From Perkinsus olseni (Eukaryota), in assembly GCA_013115125.1 (NCBI GenBank), contig JABANN010000044.1, positions 1 through 64,000 of the forward strand: DNA of 64,000 nt. The letters run 5' to 3'. The position numbers were made by a program, and so were the translations under genes. Below are positions 48,575 through 61,420 of this stretch, piece after piece (within the stretch, counting starts at the first letter, position 1; every line of letters starts with the position of its first letter). The notes beneath the pieces were generated by a model, which ran no database searches, was not told the DNA's origin, and saw only the letters and a list, made by a program, of their open reading frames with translations.

Positions 48575-50098
48575 TTAGATACGAGCATGCGTGAAGTACA
48601 TGGTGGCCGTATCCAGCTTGTACTGATTCTTATCATCAGCATAGTACTTCCTTGACACATCAAGTGCCGTCCTCATGACCCACCCCAGCTGATAGAGAGC
48701 ATCGACCAAGGACAGCAGCACGCTGCCGCAGTACAGAGCGTTGTGGGAGTTGGTACAGGTGTGGAAGGGGGAGCCCTTCAACGTCAACTGGAGAGATCTG
48801 CCATACCGACCGAAGCGCTTGATGGGGTCAGCGGTCATAGCGGGGCTCATCAAGGCTTGACGGACAGGGCCTTCGAGAGTATCTAGTATCGTCTCATCAG
48901 TACAGGTTAACCTAATGTCGTCAGTGTCATGCATAGATACTCCCAACACAGGTTCCGTCGGCGGCAGTGGGACGCTTCCTTCCTTCGGCCTCCGGAATAC
49001 CATCAAGGACATGTCAGCCAGCTTGCCACTGCAATCGATTTTAGGCATGAGTTCGAATCCCAGCGCCCACATCCCGCTCAACATCCTCCCTACCAGTATA
49101 CGTGAATCGACCGTCTCAGTTCCATGAGCATCCCACGGCCTGCCCGACAACTTCCATTCGTGAGCTCCACCGTACTCCCTCTCCCGCTGGATCCCCCTCG
49201 GCCAGCCGTCCCTTATCGCAGCGCGAAGCGTATCTTTCACAGTCTCATCCAGTGCTCCCCAAGGTGGACACATCAGCCTCACGTCATCAACGTCATTCAA
49301 GCTCAGTCCAACGTACGCGACCTCTCCGCACTCTCTCGAGCTCTCAGAATGCCGGAATACCAGACTGGACTTCGTCGCCTTACCCGCGGACAGGGCCAAA
49401 GAGTGGGCCATTCTATACCCAGTACCTTTCTCGATTTGGGCACACATCGCCACCAGCATCCTTCTGATCTTCACCGAGTCCTCGCCGTTGGCCCCCAGGC
49501 TCCCAAAAGGCCGCCCCTTCAGCACGAACTCATGGGCCCCACCATAGTCGCCCTCCCTCGCAATCTTCCACGAGAATTCAATTCCAATTCGAGCGGCTTC
49601 TGTGATGTTGAAGACACGAGTAGCCTCGTCGTCACACAAAATACGAATATCATCGCTGCCGTGCAGCCCCACGACGAAGTCCTTCCGATGGGGCCTCTCA
49701 AAATCATCTCCCTCACGGCGGCGCAGGATGAGTACTTGAAGGAAGCCTGACCTAGACATGTCGACGTCCTCAATCACCTCCCAACGGACTTTTTGCAGCC
49801 CTTCGACCATCCTCATGATGACTCTTCGTACCTCCACCGTCTTCTTGCCATTGGCCATCCACAACCGGCTGGTCAACTTGAACTTATGCAGCCCCTTGGC
49901 CTTATCAGATGGCCCGTCACCCTTTAAGTGGCGCCTTCCCAAGGCGTTCCTCACAGCTTGTTTAACTTCCTCAGGGCACTTGAGTCCATAGAGGGCCCCC
50001 ATACCACAAAGGGTGAGGGCACAAAGCCCCTGGCGGGTCGGGGTGGCAGGGGAGGGCTCATACAGCCCCTCCAAGCCACTACAACAGACGCATCCCAT
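48575..50098 (-). CDS. Uncharacterised 4x repeat-domain protein, copy C (MGCVCCS start, dual-acylation-like)
   Basis: Paralogous repeats; intronless. Confidence 0.85.
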   Translation of the reverse strand: MGCVCCSGLEGLYEPSPATPTRQGLCALTLCGMGALYGLKCPEEVKQAVRNALGRRHLKGDGPSDKAKGLHKFKLTSRLWMANGKKTVEVRRVIMRMVEGLQKVRWEVIEDVDMSRSGFLQVLILRRREGDDFERPHRKDFVVGLHGSDDIRILCDDEATRVFNITEAARIGIEFSWKIAREGDYGGAHEFVLKGRPFGSLGANGEDSVKIRRMLVAMCAQIEKGTGYRMAHSLALSAGKATKSSLVFRHSESSRECGEVAYVGLSLNDVDDVRLMCPPWGALDETVKDTLRAAIRDGWPRGIQREREYGGAHEWKLSGRPWDAHGTETVDSRILVGRMLSGMWALGFELMPKIDCSGKLADMSLMVFRRPKEGSVPLPPTEPVLGVSMHDTDDIRLTCTDETILDTLEGPVRQALMSPAMTADPIKRFGRYGRSLQLTLKGSPFHTCTNSHNALYCGSVLLSLVDALYQLGWVMRTALDVSRKYYADDKNQYKLDTATMYFTHARI

Positions 50099-50323
50099 TG
50101 AGGGGCAGTAAAGCGAACTAACGAAGGGGCAATGGAAGATCATACAGTATCGACTCCCGACAGCAGGAGCACGTCCTCCCTTCTCCACCAGAACACTGAC
50201 CACCAGCATAACCAGAGTTCTAGTACCAACTGTAGCAGCGAATGCTGCAACAAACAGCTTAATGATAGCATTAATGGAGATTCGAATCATGCGGTGGAAA
50301 AGTGTGGAATGACCAGGCCAATG

Positions 50324-51893
50324 CTATCGCCTGGGAGACGGCCTCATAAAATACATAGAGGAGAGACCCTCTTTATAACGTCTAATACTACTCCTACTAC
50401 TACTGTTATCACCATAACTGTTATTAAGACGGGACTCCGTACTCACCTTGCCCGACACGTCCAAGGAGGCCTTCAACTCCCATCCCAGCTCCCTCAAAGC
50501 ATCTATCATCGTTAATATTATCAAACCCGCAGCCAGTGCCGTCTGGGAGCGCATCGTATCATGAAAGGGCCAACCGGATAACATGAATTCCAAGGCCCTA
50601 CCATACCATCGCGAACTCTCCACAACATCCACGGGTAGGTGGGGAGGTCCCAAGCTTGCACGCACGCGCGACGATACCTCCTTAACCACCCTGGTATCAG
50701 TACAGGTCAACCTGACTCTGTCATAAGTGTGAAGGGAGAGGCAGAGCACCGGGGGAGTTGGGAGGGTTCGGAGGGCCATCGGAGGCCTGCGGAATATCAT
50801 AAAGGACAGATCAGCTAATTTACGACTACAATCTATCTTGGGCATGAGTTCGAATCCCAAGGACTGCATTATTCCAATTATTCTCCCCACCAGCATTCTA
50901 GCATCCACCGTATCAGTTCCCTCGGCCAACCATGGATACCCTCTCAGCTTCCACTGGTAACTCTTCCCATACATCCCTTCCTTCTGTACACCTCTGGGCC
51001 AGGTCTTGGCGATACCTCTGCCAATTTCGTCACGCGCCACGAAATCCAGAGACTGTCTGGGAGCGGGAATTAACCTGATATCATCACCGCTGTTGAGGCT
51101 GATGCCGAGGTAAGTCGAAGACTTTCCACCGCGGGCAAGCTCTTCCTGACCAATCGAAGGCATCTTGAAAACTAGGGTTGATTGTGACTCTTGCCGTGCT
51201 GATAGCGTATACGAACTCGTCAGAAGATACCCTCGGGCTCGGTCAAGCTCCTCACACATGCCGAGTACCATCTACCGGGCTGACACCGTTTCAACGCCTT
51301 CGGCTAGGAATGGCCACGCCTCAAGTTTAAACTCGTACGTGCCAAAATACTCCGACTCCTTCGATATTTTCCAGGCGCGCGAAATCCCTCCTCGGATGGC
51401 ATCTCGGACTGCCTTCACTTTCAGTGGTTCGTCGGCCAATAACATTCTAACGTCATCAGTATCATGGAAGCCTACCATAAGATTCCTTCCACGGTTCGAC
51501 CCCTCATCACTATCAATCCTCCGTAACACCCACCCCTGCAGGAAGTGGCGTTGAGAGAGATTAATCTCATCCACTACCTCCCACCCAGCCTGTTCGACTG
51601 CCCCCAAAATGTTCATAACGACCCTTCGAGTGTTCGTGGTGTCCGGCCCAACAGCATCCCAAAGCCGTTCCCACAACGTGAATTTCTGTAAGCCCTGAGC
51701 CGTTGACGACGACCCTTCCCTGATGATGGCAGCCGCCCCCACGGCCTTACGAACAGCCCGTATCACTTCCGGTGGGCACTTGAGGGCGTAGATGTGATAA
51801 TAATCTGATAGTAGTAGAAGGCATAAGGAGGCCTTGAGGGGTCGGATGGAAGGGGTCCGCCACCGACAGAGAGGAGAGGACATTATTACCCAT
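50324..51893 (-). pseudogene. Array copy D, disrupted by a frameshift (~51827-51830) and an in-frame TAG (51272-51274)
   Basis: MGNNVLSSLSVADPFHPTPQG then a shift to LCLLLL; SAR-TAG-MVLGM where paralogs read VRQMVL/ARQILL. Confidence 0.85.
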
Positions 51894-52010
51894 GAGAAGT
51901 CAACTCTAAAAAGCCGACGCCCGCACAAACCACAACGCAACACCCTCATGAGTTGACAAAATTATGGTATGCACGCGTCACATAACCACTTTCATGCACA
52001 TGTTGTTCTA

Positions 52011-53531
52011 CTACTTCTTACAGAAGTACATGGTAACCAGTCCCATCTTATGATAATGCTCTGATCTGCTGTAATTCTCATTGGCCGTCCTGTGGTCACG
52101 ATAGAACTTCCCCGACACATCCAGGGCCGCCCTGAACTCCCATCCGACCCCTTCAAGGGCATTCAAAAGGTTGACCAACAGTAGTCCACAACACAGCACC
52201 GACTGTGAGTTGGCCTTCCCCGGCTGAAAGGCCGGTACCTTCAACTTCATCGTGACACCCTTGCCGTACTTCCCACAGGAGTCTGTTGCTAGCTCCACGT
52301 TAATGCATGGAGGACCCAGGATGCCATTGACGACCTTGGCGAGGGTCTCGAGGGAGGACTCGTCGGTGCTCGATAATCTTATCTCATCCTTGTCATGGAA
52401 AGATACACAAAGGAGCGGTATGCACGCATGCGCATTGTCATCTGATGGTATCGAACCCGCAACCTTTCGCATGACAATCGTGGACATATCAGAAAGCTTC
52501 CCACTACAGTCGAATGCTGTCATGAGCTCGAACCCTCTAGACCAGAAGTGACCTAAGATTCGCCCGATCAAGAGCTGTGCATCAATCTCCACAGGCCCCT
52601 TCGCAGACCACGGGCTGCCCTTCAACTGCCATTGATACGAACCTCCGTAAACCCCCTTCGTTTCGATCCCATACGGCCAAGCCTCGGTCAAGCACAGCTC
52701 AAGCGATGGTCCGAGGTCCTCCGCGAGAGCATCGCCCGGGGTGGTGTAGATGCGTATCTTATCTTCATCGTGGAGGCTAACACCAACGTAGATGGTATCT
52801 TTCGGCTGCTGCTGGTTGTCGCCTTGGGAGTAGAAGATAAGGCTTGACTTAGAGTACTGATTATTAGATAATTTCACAGATCTGGTCACTATGTTACCAT
52901 AGCACTTCTCGAGCTCACAAGATACCGCCAAGACCATCTGCCTCACGGCGACTGTGCCCTCCTCCTCAGCGAGAAAGGGATGCCCAGCTAGCTTCATCAA
53001 CCGACCATCGGGAGTATCTTCCTCTTTTTCGACCTTCAAAGTCGAAGATATGCCCTTAATGATAGCATCAGCCTTCCTGTCGCCCTCATCATCAGTATCG
53101 TGGACTACCAGACGGACGTCGGCCTTGTCATGTAACCCAAGAAGGCAGCTCTCTCCCTGCGCAAGAGGGTCCCGCTTCTTCAGGACCCATACTTGCATGA
53201 AGGTTGTTCGCGACATGCCAGCATCGACCTCAAGATACCATCCAACCTCGCGAAGGGCGTCTATCAATCTAACCACGGCCTGCTCGCCCTTACCGCCGCT
53301 GCCAGTCCAGATGGAACTCCCAAAAGTGAACTTGTACAGACCAGTAGACTTCTTCGAAGGCCCCTCACTTTTAATGTCTCCAAATGAGGTCCTCACCGCT
53401 GCCTTGACCACATCCGGGCACTTCAAGGCATAGAGATCGTGCTTGCCACTGAGGACTAGTGCACAGTAGCCATGCTCAGTAGGCTCGTTCGGACGATTGT
53501 CTCGAAGACCTCCGAGGCCTCCGGCACCCAT
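52011..53531 (-). CDS. Uncharacterised 4x repeat-domain protein, copy E (MGAGG start)
   Basis: Paralogous repeats; intronless. Confidence 0.85.
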   Translation of the reverse strand: MGAGGLGGLRDNRPNEPTEHGYCALVLSGKHDLYALKCPDVVKAAVRTSFGDIKSEGPSKKSTGLYKFTFGSSIWTGSGGKGEQAVVRLIDALREVGWYLEVDAGMSRTTFMQVWVLKKRDPLAQGESCLLGLHDKADVRLVVHDTDDEGDRKADAIIKGISSTLKVEKEEDTPDGRLMKLAGHPFLAEEEGTVAVRQMVLAVSCELEKCYGNIVTRSVKLSNNQYSKSSLIFYSQGDNQQQPKDTIYVGVSLHDEDKIRIYTTPGDALAEDLGPSLELCLTEAWPYGIETKGVYGGSYQWQLKGSPWSAKGPVEIDAQLLIGRILGHFWSRGFELMTAFDCSGKLSDMSTIVMRKVAGSIPSDDNAHACIPLLCVSFHDKDEIRLSSTDESSLETLAKVVNGILGPPCINVELATDSCGKYGKGVTMKLKVPAFQPGKANSQSVLCCGLLLVNLLNALEGVGWEFRAALDVSGKFYRDHRTANENYSRSEHYHKMGLVTMYFCKK

Positions 53532-53720
53532 TGTGTGATGAAGAAGAGGAAAGCCCTGGAAAGCTGATCTGACTATGGACAACAGTGGAGGGCGTATGGG
53601 CTTGCATAGGCTGCCCTGCCGCGAGGCCACGGCTACAGTGACCTATTGAATAGGATATCGCGTCTCCTACTACGCGAGTGAGGGAGCAATCATCGGGGCG
53701 CGCGCTACTTACGCTGTCCC

Positions 53721-56135
53721 ATGGCCGCGGCGGCGGCAGAAGACAACGCAGGACCGCCTGAGTGGTCATTAGTACGAGATGCGGCATCTACCAGCAGTAC
53801 CTCACTGGATAAAGGCACCATTCATATTGCTGTGGCAGGTAGATCATCATGGACGAGAGTCGACCTAAAGACACTTCTCTCAGTTGCCCAATCGGATCGG
53901 CTACCGCGTGGGAAGGTGTTTTGATTTATCGATCAAGTTGATGGGACCAGCATTGGTACGGAGTATCTTTCTTCTCTGCCAATGACCAGCTCGACCTCCT
54001 TAGATACTACTAGCGTTCTCCCTTTACGGTTTTTGTACCTACACCTACTTCGCGGTTATCATCCACTACTACAACACGGCATGGGTCTGGCTCGGCGCCA
54101 CTGCCGTTGGCCTCTTCCTCTTCATCAATATGATATACAATTACGTCCAGGTGGGGTCGTTTTTGCAATTTTTCCATCAGAATCCACACTGCATCTCAGG
54201 CGGCCCGAACCTCCCCTGGAGTGCCACCTGTGTGTGACCCCGAGGCCCCAGCCGGCAACGAGGGGGGTAGGAGTACCACACCAAGCGTTCATCATCATCG
54301 CTGTCTTCTCAGATCCTGAGGAGTTCGCCCTGCAGAACGCACTACAGCTCCGGTTGTCCAAGTACGGCAAAGGCTATCAAGGATTCGCCGATAGTGACAG
54401 CTCGGGTGAGTCTGGTGGTGAATGAACAATACTGAGATAGTGGTATCAGAGGCAACTTAATCGATACACATTGCGATTCGTTCAAATCGCTGGTGGGTTC
54501 TCTCTGGTCGGATCGTGTTCGTAGAAGTCCGGATGGATCACTCGGATGGATGCCGATCATGTGTATTTATCAGTTGGAGAGTCGACTCCCTACGTACGGG
54601 TTTTAGATGATGACGATAATGCCAGCAGCATGAAGCCGTCTTCGCCGACCCTCTTCCCGCTCTGTCGGAAGTGCAACAGGTGGTCAGAGGGGATGGGGTT
54701 GGTTCAAAAGTGACAGGTGTTCGGAGTGAGCAGTTTGTTCGTCATAAAGTAATCGCTGAACTTTAGCAAGAGTAGCAGGATTTGGAATATGTACGGTAGC
54801 CCTCCTCGACTAGACGGAACAATGACCACTCCGAAAGATGAAGTTTCTCTCATCCCGACTGTAGTCGTGGATCCCAAGTATTCCTGCGATGAAAGTTGAT
54901 CGGCAGAACAGTATTTCTACGGCGCGTCGGAACCATAAACTTTTCTCACGTGCAGGTACAAGCCACCCCGAGCGCATCATTGTTCAGTATGTAAAGTATG
55001 TGTATTGAAGATGGACCATCACTGCCCATGGCTTAACAATTGTGTTGGGCATCGGAACTACAAGTAGTAGCCACCTTTGGTAGAACTAACTTGCGTGAAT
55101 GGATCGACACTTCCTCCGCGAAAGTAGTGTGACGCTCGGATTTTCGCAGAGAACTTAGCAGGGAAGGCGTCAACGCGTCACAAAAATGAGGCCACTGTGC
55201 CACGCGAGCAATCGAATCACGATGTGGCGTAGTGGCCTCATCTTCGTATGTTATATTCTTTTTCTACAAGACTGTATCCGCGATATTCCTCGATGGAAAG
55301 TCCCCCTCTCCAGTACGCGCTCTATTCGGTTGATTCTCAAACGTTTGGGTGAAAAAATAACATGCTTGGCAGATGAATAACCGTTGGTTAGATTATTAAA
55401 ATGTCGCCTGTGTAATGCGGTTTAACATTAGATGCCGTTATCGTCTTCTCCGTTGAAAGATACTTTTACCTCTTCCTGCTGTACCTCGAGCTGTGCTGTC
55501 TCTTCGTGGTCCTCTTATTTTTCGAACCGTTCTCTACGGCGATGTTTCCTACACGAGGGTCCCCTCGATGGAATATCTCCATTGGCTATAAGCAGGTAAT
55601 AATTTCGTGGCGCGCGACACAGTGTGACTTTTCCTGTTGCTCTTTTCAGGCGGTGGCGATGTCCTTCGTTATTTGCCTGGCCATTGCCATTGCCGTTGGC
55701 ATCCTTCTCGGATTTCACACGTACCTAGTTCTCACGAACCAGACGACCATAGACTTCCAGTCTAACGTCCGGGAGGCCAGGCTAGCGAAGCAACAGGGAA
55801 GGTTGTTCATGTAATGCGGGTGCTGCCGCTCTGGGTATTTTCATATCCCAATGCTCCGCTCAGCAACCCCTTCGATCTGGGACGGGCGAGGAATTTCCAT
55901 CAAGTTTTTGGAGACTACAGTTTCTGGTCATTCCGGTGGATGATACCATGGGCAAATTCAAAGGTGAGCATTTGTCGCGCGCCGCGAAATTCGAATGAGC
56001 TGCCATCCTCAGCCGGCACCTAATTGTGATGGATACTTGTGGCCCACCATCGGCACGAGAGGGGCCCTTCGAGGCAGCGGAGGTCATCGGAGGACTGTCT
56101 ATCGGCACGCCGGCGGTCAGCAGCCGGCTGAGTGA
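53721..56135 (+). CDS. DHHC zinc-finger palmitoyltransferase, multi-exon
   Basis: [68 protein letters not shown]. Confidence 0.95.
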
Positions 56136-56252
56136 AGCTTTGTCGTTGATTATGCATATAATATTAATAATGATACAGTTTACACATCATCACGCCTTGT
56201 TGAGTTCTCTATTCAATTGCAGTCGATCGTAGTAGTGTTAGTTGTCATTATC

Positions 56253-58228
56253 ATGACTACCCCTCCAGGCCCTACCAGCGGTGCCTCCCCCGGGCCAGAG
56301 ATGGTGGATGATCATGAAGAGGTTAAGTAAGTAGAGCTGGAACGTATCTTTGATGACCGCTCGAAGCCCGTCGAATTTAGACCGTGAGCGTTAGTCATAG
56401 AATTTTAATGGCAAATTTCCGTAATCGAAAGTCCGATGATGGTTTGAGTTTCTATCTGTATCGCTGTCATTCAGACCTGCCGCCACCACCGGAGAGGTGA
56501 CGGCCGAGGCAGCGGAGACTGTGGGAAGTGGAAGTCCCTTCTCCTGCTCCTGGTCCTCCACCGAGAGCAGCAGCAGCGGCTACCACGTGAGAGCAGCGGG
56601 TCGAATGAGGCCTCACCGTCATGCAGGCCATCGAACGACGGCTGTGCGATGCTGTCTTCCTCATGCTGGAACTTGCTGATGTCGAGAAGGAGGCGGCCCG
56701 TTCAGACGACATCCGACAAGTAGGGTTGGTCTGGCGCAGCCACCGTTGAGGAATTGCAAGATAGCAAGATCCCATGGTCAGGTCCTTGTGGAGCGGTTGC
56801 GTGGAGTAGTATCTGACCTCCTTATATCGGGAGACCAAGACGCTGCTGAGGGAGCCCCAGCCTGCACCCATCTAGCGTCCGCCCTCAATTTGGTTGCTAG
56901 AGTTTTCGACCATCTGGAGGGGGGCCGAGAGGGAATGCTGCCTGCGGTGCGTTCTAGGGAGAGCTCCGACGTCGCACTTTCGTGTTCACAAAATTGTGTG
57001 CTTCTTCATTCTTCAAACGTTGGGAATCTGTGAGAGCACTCAGATCAACTAGGAACAGGAGACTGGCGCCAGTGACTCTTCACACAGTCCTTATAGATTC
57101 TATTCCGAGCTCGATGGTCTGGGTGTATCCTTGCAGTTGGTTTCTTGATGCAGGCCTTGCTGGCTCTCCGTGGTGTGGTGGCGGCCTGCCCCCTCACCGA
57201 GCATTCACCCGATAGGATGACCGCGGAGGCCCAGGACGGCATCCTCGCGGCTGCTGGCATAGTCTATGTTGGGCTTGCCCTGTACGCATCCCCCTCCCTC
57301 CGCTACCGCCGTGTCACCACCTCTCGACAGGTACCAGAATCGTGAGGAGCCGTGCGCCGCTACTCGGTCGAGGGCCCAGGATGGACTTGGATTTTTACAC
57401 CGTTCCAGCGATGTTCGGGAAGAGTTTGAAGTGTAGCCAACGGAGGCGCCTTTGATGGCCTTGATCAGCTTTGCCTCAGTTACGTCAGTCGGCTGTACAG
57501 GGAGGTGCACTTCCCGCATAGTGAAGGCAGTGAGTGGCCCGAAGCCACCGGCCTGGTGCGGTTGATCAGACGGCTGAATGATCTAGTGTGGGCGGCTGAG
57601 GTTACTGACAGTGATGCGGTGAGTGGTTGATCGAGGTTTGGTACCATAAATCGCCTTATTCAGGAGAACTTCACCCATCCGGTTGTGTGCTTGCCGGGCA
57701 GCAAGGTGGTGATAGCTCCTGTTAGCGAGTGCCTGGAGGGCATCAGGAAGGGCGGAGCGACGCTCCTCGATTTTAATGTCACTAAGGTTGATCATGACGT
57801 CATCTACACTATGTGGTTCTCATCGGACGTAGGCCGTGGGCATGCATGCATACCACTCCTTTCGCAACTCTTTTCAGGACGGCTCCATAAGGTGGCAGCT
57901 GGACTACACCTATGATCACTTCCTCGATCTCTCTCGTCGTTTGGCGAAGACCAGCCCGAGCTGTCCGCCCCTGCCGTCCACGAAGTACTCCATCATCACC
58001 ACGATACTCAATCATGATGACGAGATTGACGATCGACTGGCCAGCGACCTCGGCCACTGGGTAGGGCGTGTCACCAGCCACTGCCCCTGTACTGTCTGTT
58101 GGCAGGTGAAGGACATCGTGAAGTCGGAGAGGGGCCCCATTGTGGAACAGGCCTTCGGGCTCGGGGCGGCCCTGAGGAGAACTGGAGGGAGCAGCTCAGA
58201 TCAATGGTTTGAGGATCATCAAAGTTGA
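56253..58228 (+). CDS. Multi-exon hypothetical protein with a C-terminal PX-like domain
   Basis: HDVIYT...WQLDYTYDHFLDLSRRLAK...CPPLPSTK resembles the PX pattern Y..F..L...L...LPPLP.K. Confidence 0.6.
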
Positions 58229-58938
58229 TTAATATTAACATGCAGCATGCAGGGAAGTTCCGTTAGCGTTGATATTGTTGCGTTGGCGACACGGAGTGGT
58301 GAGAGAGGGAAACAGGGATAGTCCCAGAAAGAAAAGGGCGATGAGAACGACGGAAGGAACCCTCGCTGGCGGCTCCAATTGAGCCGTCATCGCCCGACAA
58401 GGTCAAATGTTGTTCGGGTCACTCGGATACCGGTTTGTTGATGAATACACCTCCCCCCCCCCTCCACCAACTCTCACCATATCCGATTCTTTTTTGGGTT
58501 GGTGCGCTGTCACCTGGTCACCGAGTGCTGCGACTTAGGATAGTATGTTCTTATGATTCGCAGAATATAACCTGCACGTTCCAGGGCCTAACTCTTCGTA
58601 GTGAGAACTCCGGAAGTCGTAAGAAATTTTCTCCACTAATTCTTGGCGTACATGGGTCAAGATTAGGTGCAAAGTTATAGATATACTACCCCAGTAAAAG
58701 TTGGTATTTTGGGGCGGCGCGATTTTGAGCCGTGAATGCTAACAAGCTGTGGAGGGGTGTAGGTATTCGGTACACATTTTCGGGTCTTTACGACTCTCCA
58801 AGTAATATGTGAAATGAAGGGAGGCAATGCGCTGAATGTGACTGAGGACAGCTTCCGTAGTTGAGTGACCGTCATTTGAGCAGCAACCTTCGGAAGGAGT
58901 GGCCTTGGACTCGAATCAGTCTGGAGCTGCCATCACCA

Positions 58939-61173
58939 ATGGCTGAGGTTAATACTGTGTTAGACAGGATGAAGGCAAGGTGTGGTAGGCGGGGCTACAA
59001 CGTGAATGGCAGTATACCGGAGAACACAACTTGGGAGGGCATTGCTGAGCTATTAAGGCCGCCTGGGGCTCATCGGACCTCCACACAAATGGACAGTGGA
59101 GTCGCTCATGCTGGGGAGGAGACAATCTCTCACGGGCCGAAAAGAGAAGTGAGCTTGAGAACGTCGGACGGTTATGGATTGGGCTGCCGTCCTTAGGGCA
59201 CTCGAGAGAGGCTGCAGAGCACACCCGAGGAGAGGGCTTATGAGATCTTGATGGAAACAAGGGACCGCATATCATCACTCGAGGCCTCCGCCGCCGCCGA
59301 CCCTTCCGCCCCAGGTGAGCGCACCATGCGGTGTGATGATTGATGATGGCTCTCAGGTGCGTCTGCTGGGTACCGGTCAACATACCTGCACATCGCCAAG
59401 GCTCATCAGGAGCTCCTCCACACTCTACAGGGGTTCCACACACGCAGTCGACCAGCTGCGGTCCAGACCGGTCCAGCCGAGGCCCCCGCCCCTCTAGTAG
59501 TGCCTCCTGAGAGCGGCGAAGAGCTGCGAGACCTCCCGAACGAGCTCGAGTTCAGCTTCGACTCGCCGCCCCAGAAGCCGGCGGATTCCAGTGGTCGCTC
59601 GGGGGGCGTGTGGAGGTCTCCGTACACCGACGAAAGCGGCCACGCATCCACAAGCGTGCGTCCACTTAGAGAAGCAGCAGCGTCACCGGAGAGCTCTGCT
59701 AACCTTAGCGTGATCACTGCTTCAACTGAGGAGGAGCAGGAGGGGGCGTTGAAGGCTTCCATGTCTCAAGCTATCGTTGCTGAGCTCCTCAGTGGCACTG
59801 TGAACACGATGGCAGCTGTCGACGAGGAAGATGAACCCGACCCACGCCGATTGTGGGGCATCAAAGATACGGCATCAACGGCTGACCAGCGAGCCGGCGT
59901 TGTCAAAGAGGACCTTCCAAATGGGTCGAGGGGAACCGCTGTTGATGGCCATGATGACTCGGATTGTATGCGGGCAGAGGAGATGGCGTACTCGGTGGAA
60001 TTGAGCGCAGAGGACGACATCGCTGCTGATGGCGATGATCATAAGCCGCCTGAGGAAGCAGCGAGATGGTCCAGGGACGTGCTGATGGACGACGAGCCGG
60101 CCAATACTGGCGAACAAGGGTCAACAACCCGAAGGAGTTCAGCAGAGGCCGGCCAGTCCGATGCTGTCATACCTGCCGTTGATCAGGCTAAGCAGAAGGG
60201 CTTGGGCGAGAGCAGGACGGCAGAGGCCTTCAATAGCGACCTGGCGGGAGGGGCAGTGGAGGGGTATGAGGAAGGACCGAGATCCAGTGATGAAGTAAAG
60301 GGCACTGAGAGGAGCCAGGGGGAGGAGACAGACGAGGCAAGCGAGGGCTTCGGTGAGCCGATGACCATGATCGAGAAGCTGGCAGCAGCCAAGGAACGTA
60401 TCGAGGAAAGCTACGCCGACTCTGCCCACCCCAGACAGGTCGCCTCAGTGCTCTTGGCTGATTGCTATACCATACATGAAGGCCCCTCGCTTGGGACCGG
60501 GGAGGCAGAAGATGCCGTTGACGGGCCGAGCAGTGGGGGCCACGTGGCAGCGGCGATGGAGGACGAGAAAGAACATCGGGATGGGAGCTCGGGAGGGGAG
60601 CAGGGCCGAGGGGAGGTCGAACGGGAGACACCCGAGGAGGACCGACCTGAGGGTCTGTTCAAGGAGGGCTCCGGCGTTGATGGCGGAGCTAAGGTACTCC
60701 TACCGAACCCTGAAACTCCCCACATCGCGGTAGAGGATCAGGACGGGGATCATCCGATCCCTGTGGAAGCGCTGGTAGAACACCCGGGTACGGCAGAAGC
60801 ATCGGCTACGGAGGAAGAAGGGCAGACGACGACGGAAGAGTTATCAAACACCCCAACCGTGAGGACGGCCAGACCAGTGGCCAAGAACCTCGGTATAGTG
60901 GACACGTTCGACAGGCTAGTTCGGCAGGCCAGGGCCCACGCACAGCCCCCTCGCGCCGCCCAGTCCCCACCTCCAAGGACCCGCATGCCAGGGGAGATCC
61001 CGACGGCGGCGGCGGCGGCGGGCGGGGGAGGAGTCTTACAGACGCGACGGTACTACCATCTACCCGAGTTCATATCGAAGGGGCAGAAGACCCTGAAGGT
61101 AACAGTATCGAAGAAAAGGCTTCTGGGAGGCGGCAGAGGCGGGAAGAAGCTGTTCGACCCTGACCCCTTCTGA
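58939..61173 (+). CDS. Acidic low-complexity hypothetical protein (short 5' exons plus a long last exon)
   Basis: 557-aa E/D/S/G-rich ORF 59500-61173; upstream exon MAEVNTVLDRM. Confidence 0.7.
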
Positions 61174-61420
61174 AGAGCGCTTTTGTGTGCCTGCTAGCTT
61201 TGAACCATGCTCATCGATTGTACAAGTTAACGTTGCGGAGTTATTGAGTAACGACTCGCCACTGTACTTGTCAAGACCCACAACCCCTAATGAAATCATG
61301 ATCGGGTATTAAACAAAGGAGTGGTACTCACCTACTCGCCGCCTCACACAAGCAGGCCAACACCAGCATTAATGACTGTGAACTCAAGTCGATACTGATG
61401 GATGATATGCGGCACAGGTC

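Noticed and set aside
51825-51840. Programmed AGG/CCC frameshift as in Perkinsus mitochondrial genes
   Set aside because: Nuclear gene, the AGG is out of frame, paralogs are unshifted, and a second nonsense lesion is present.
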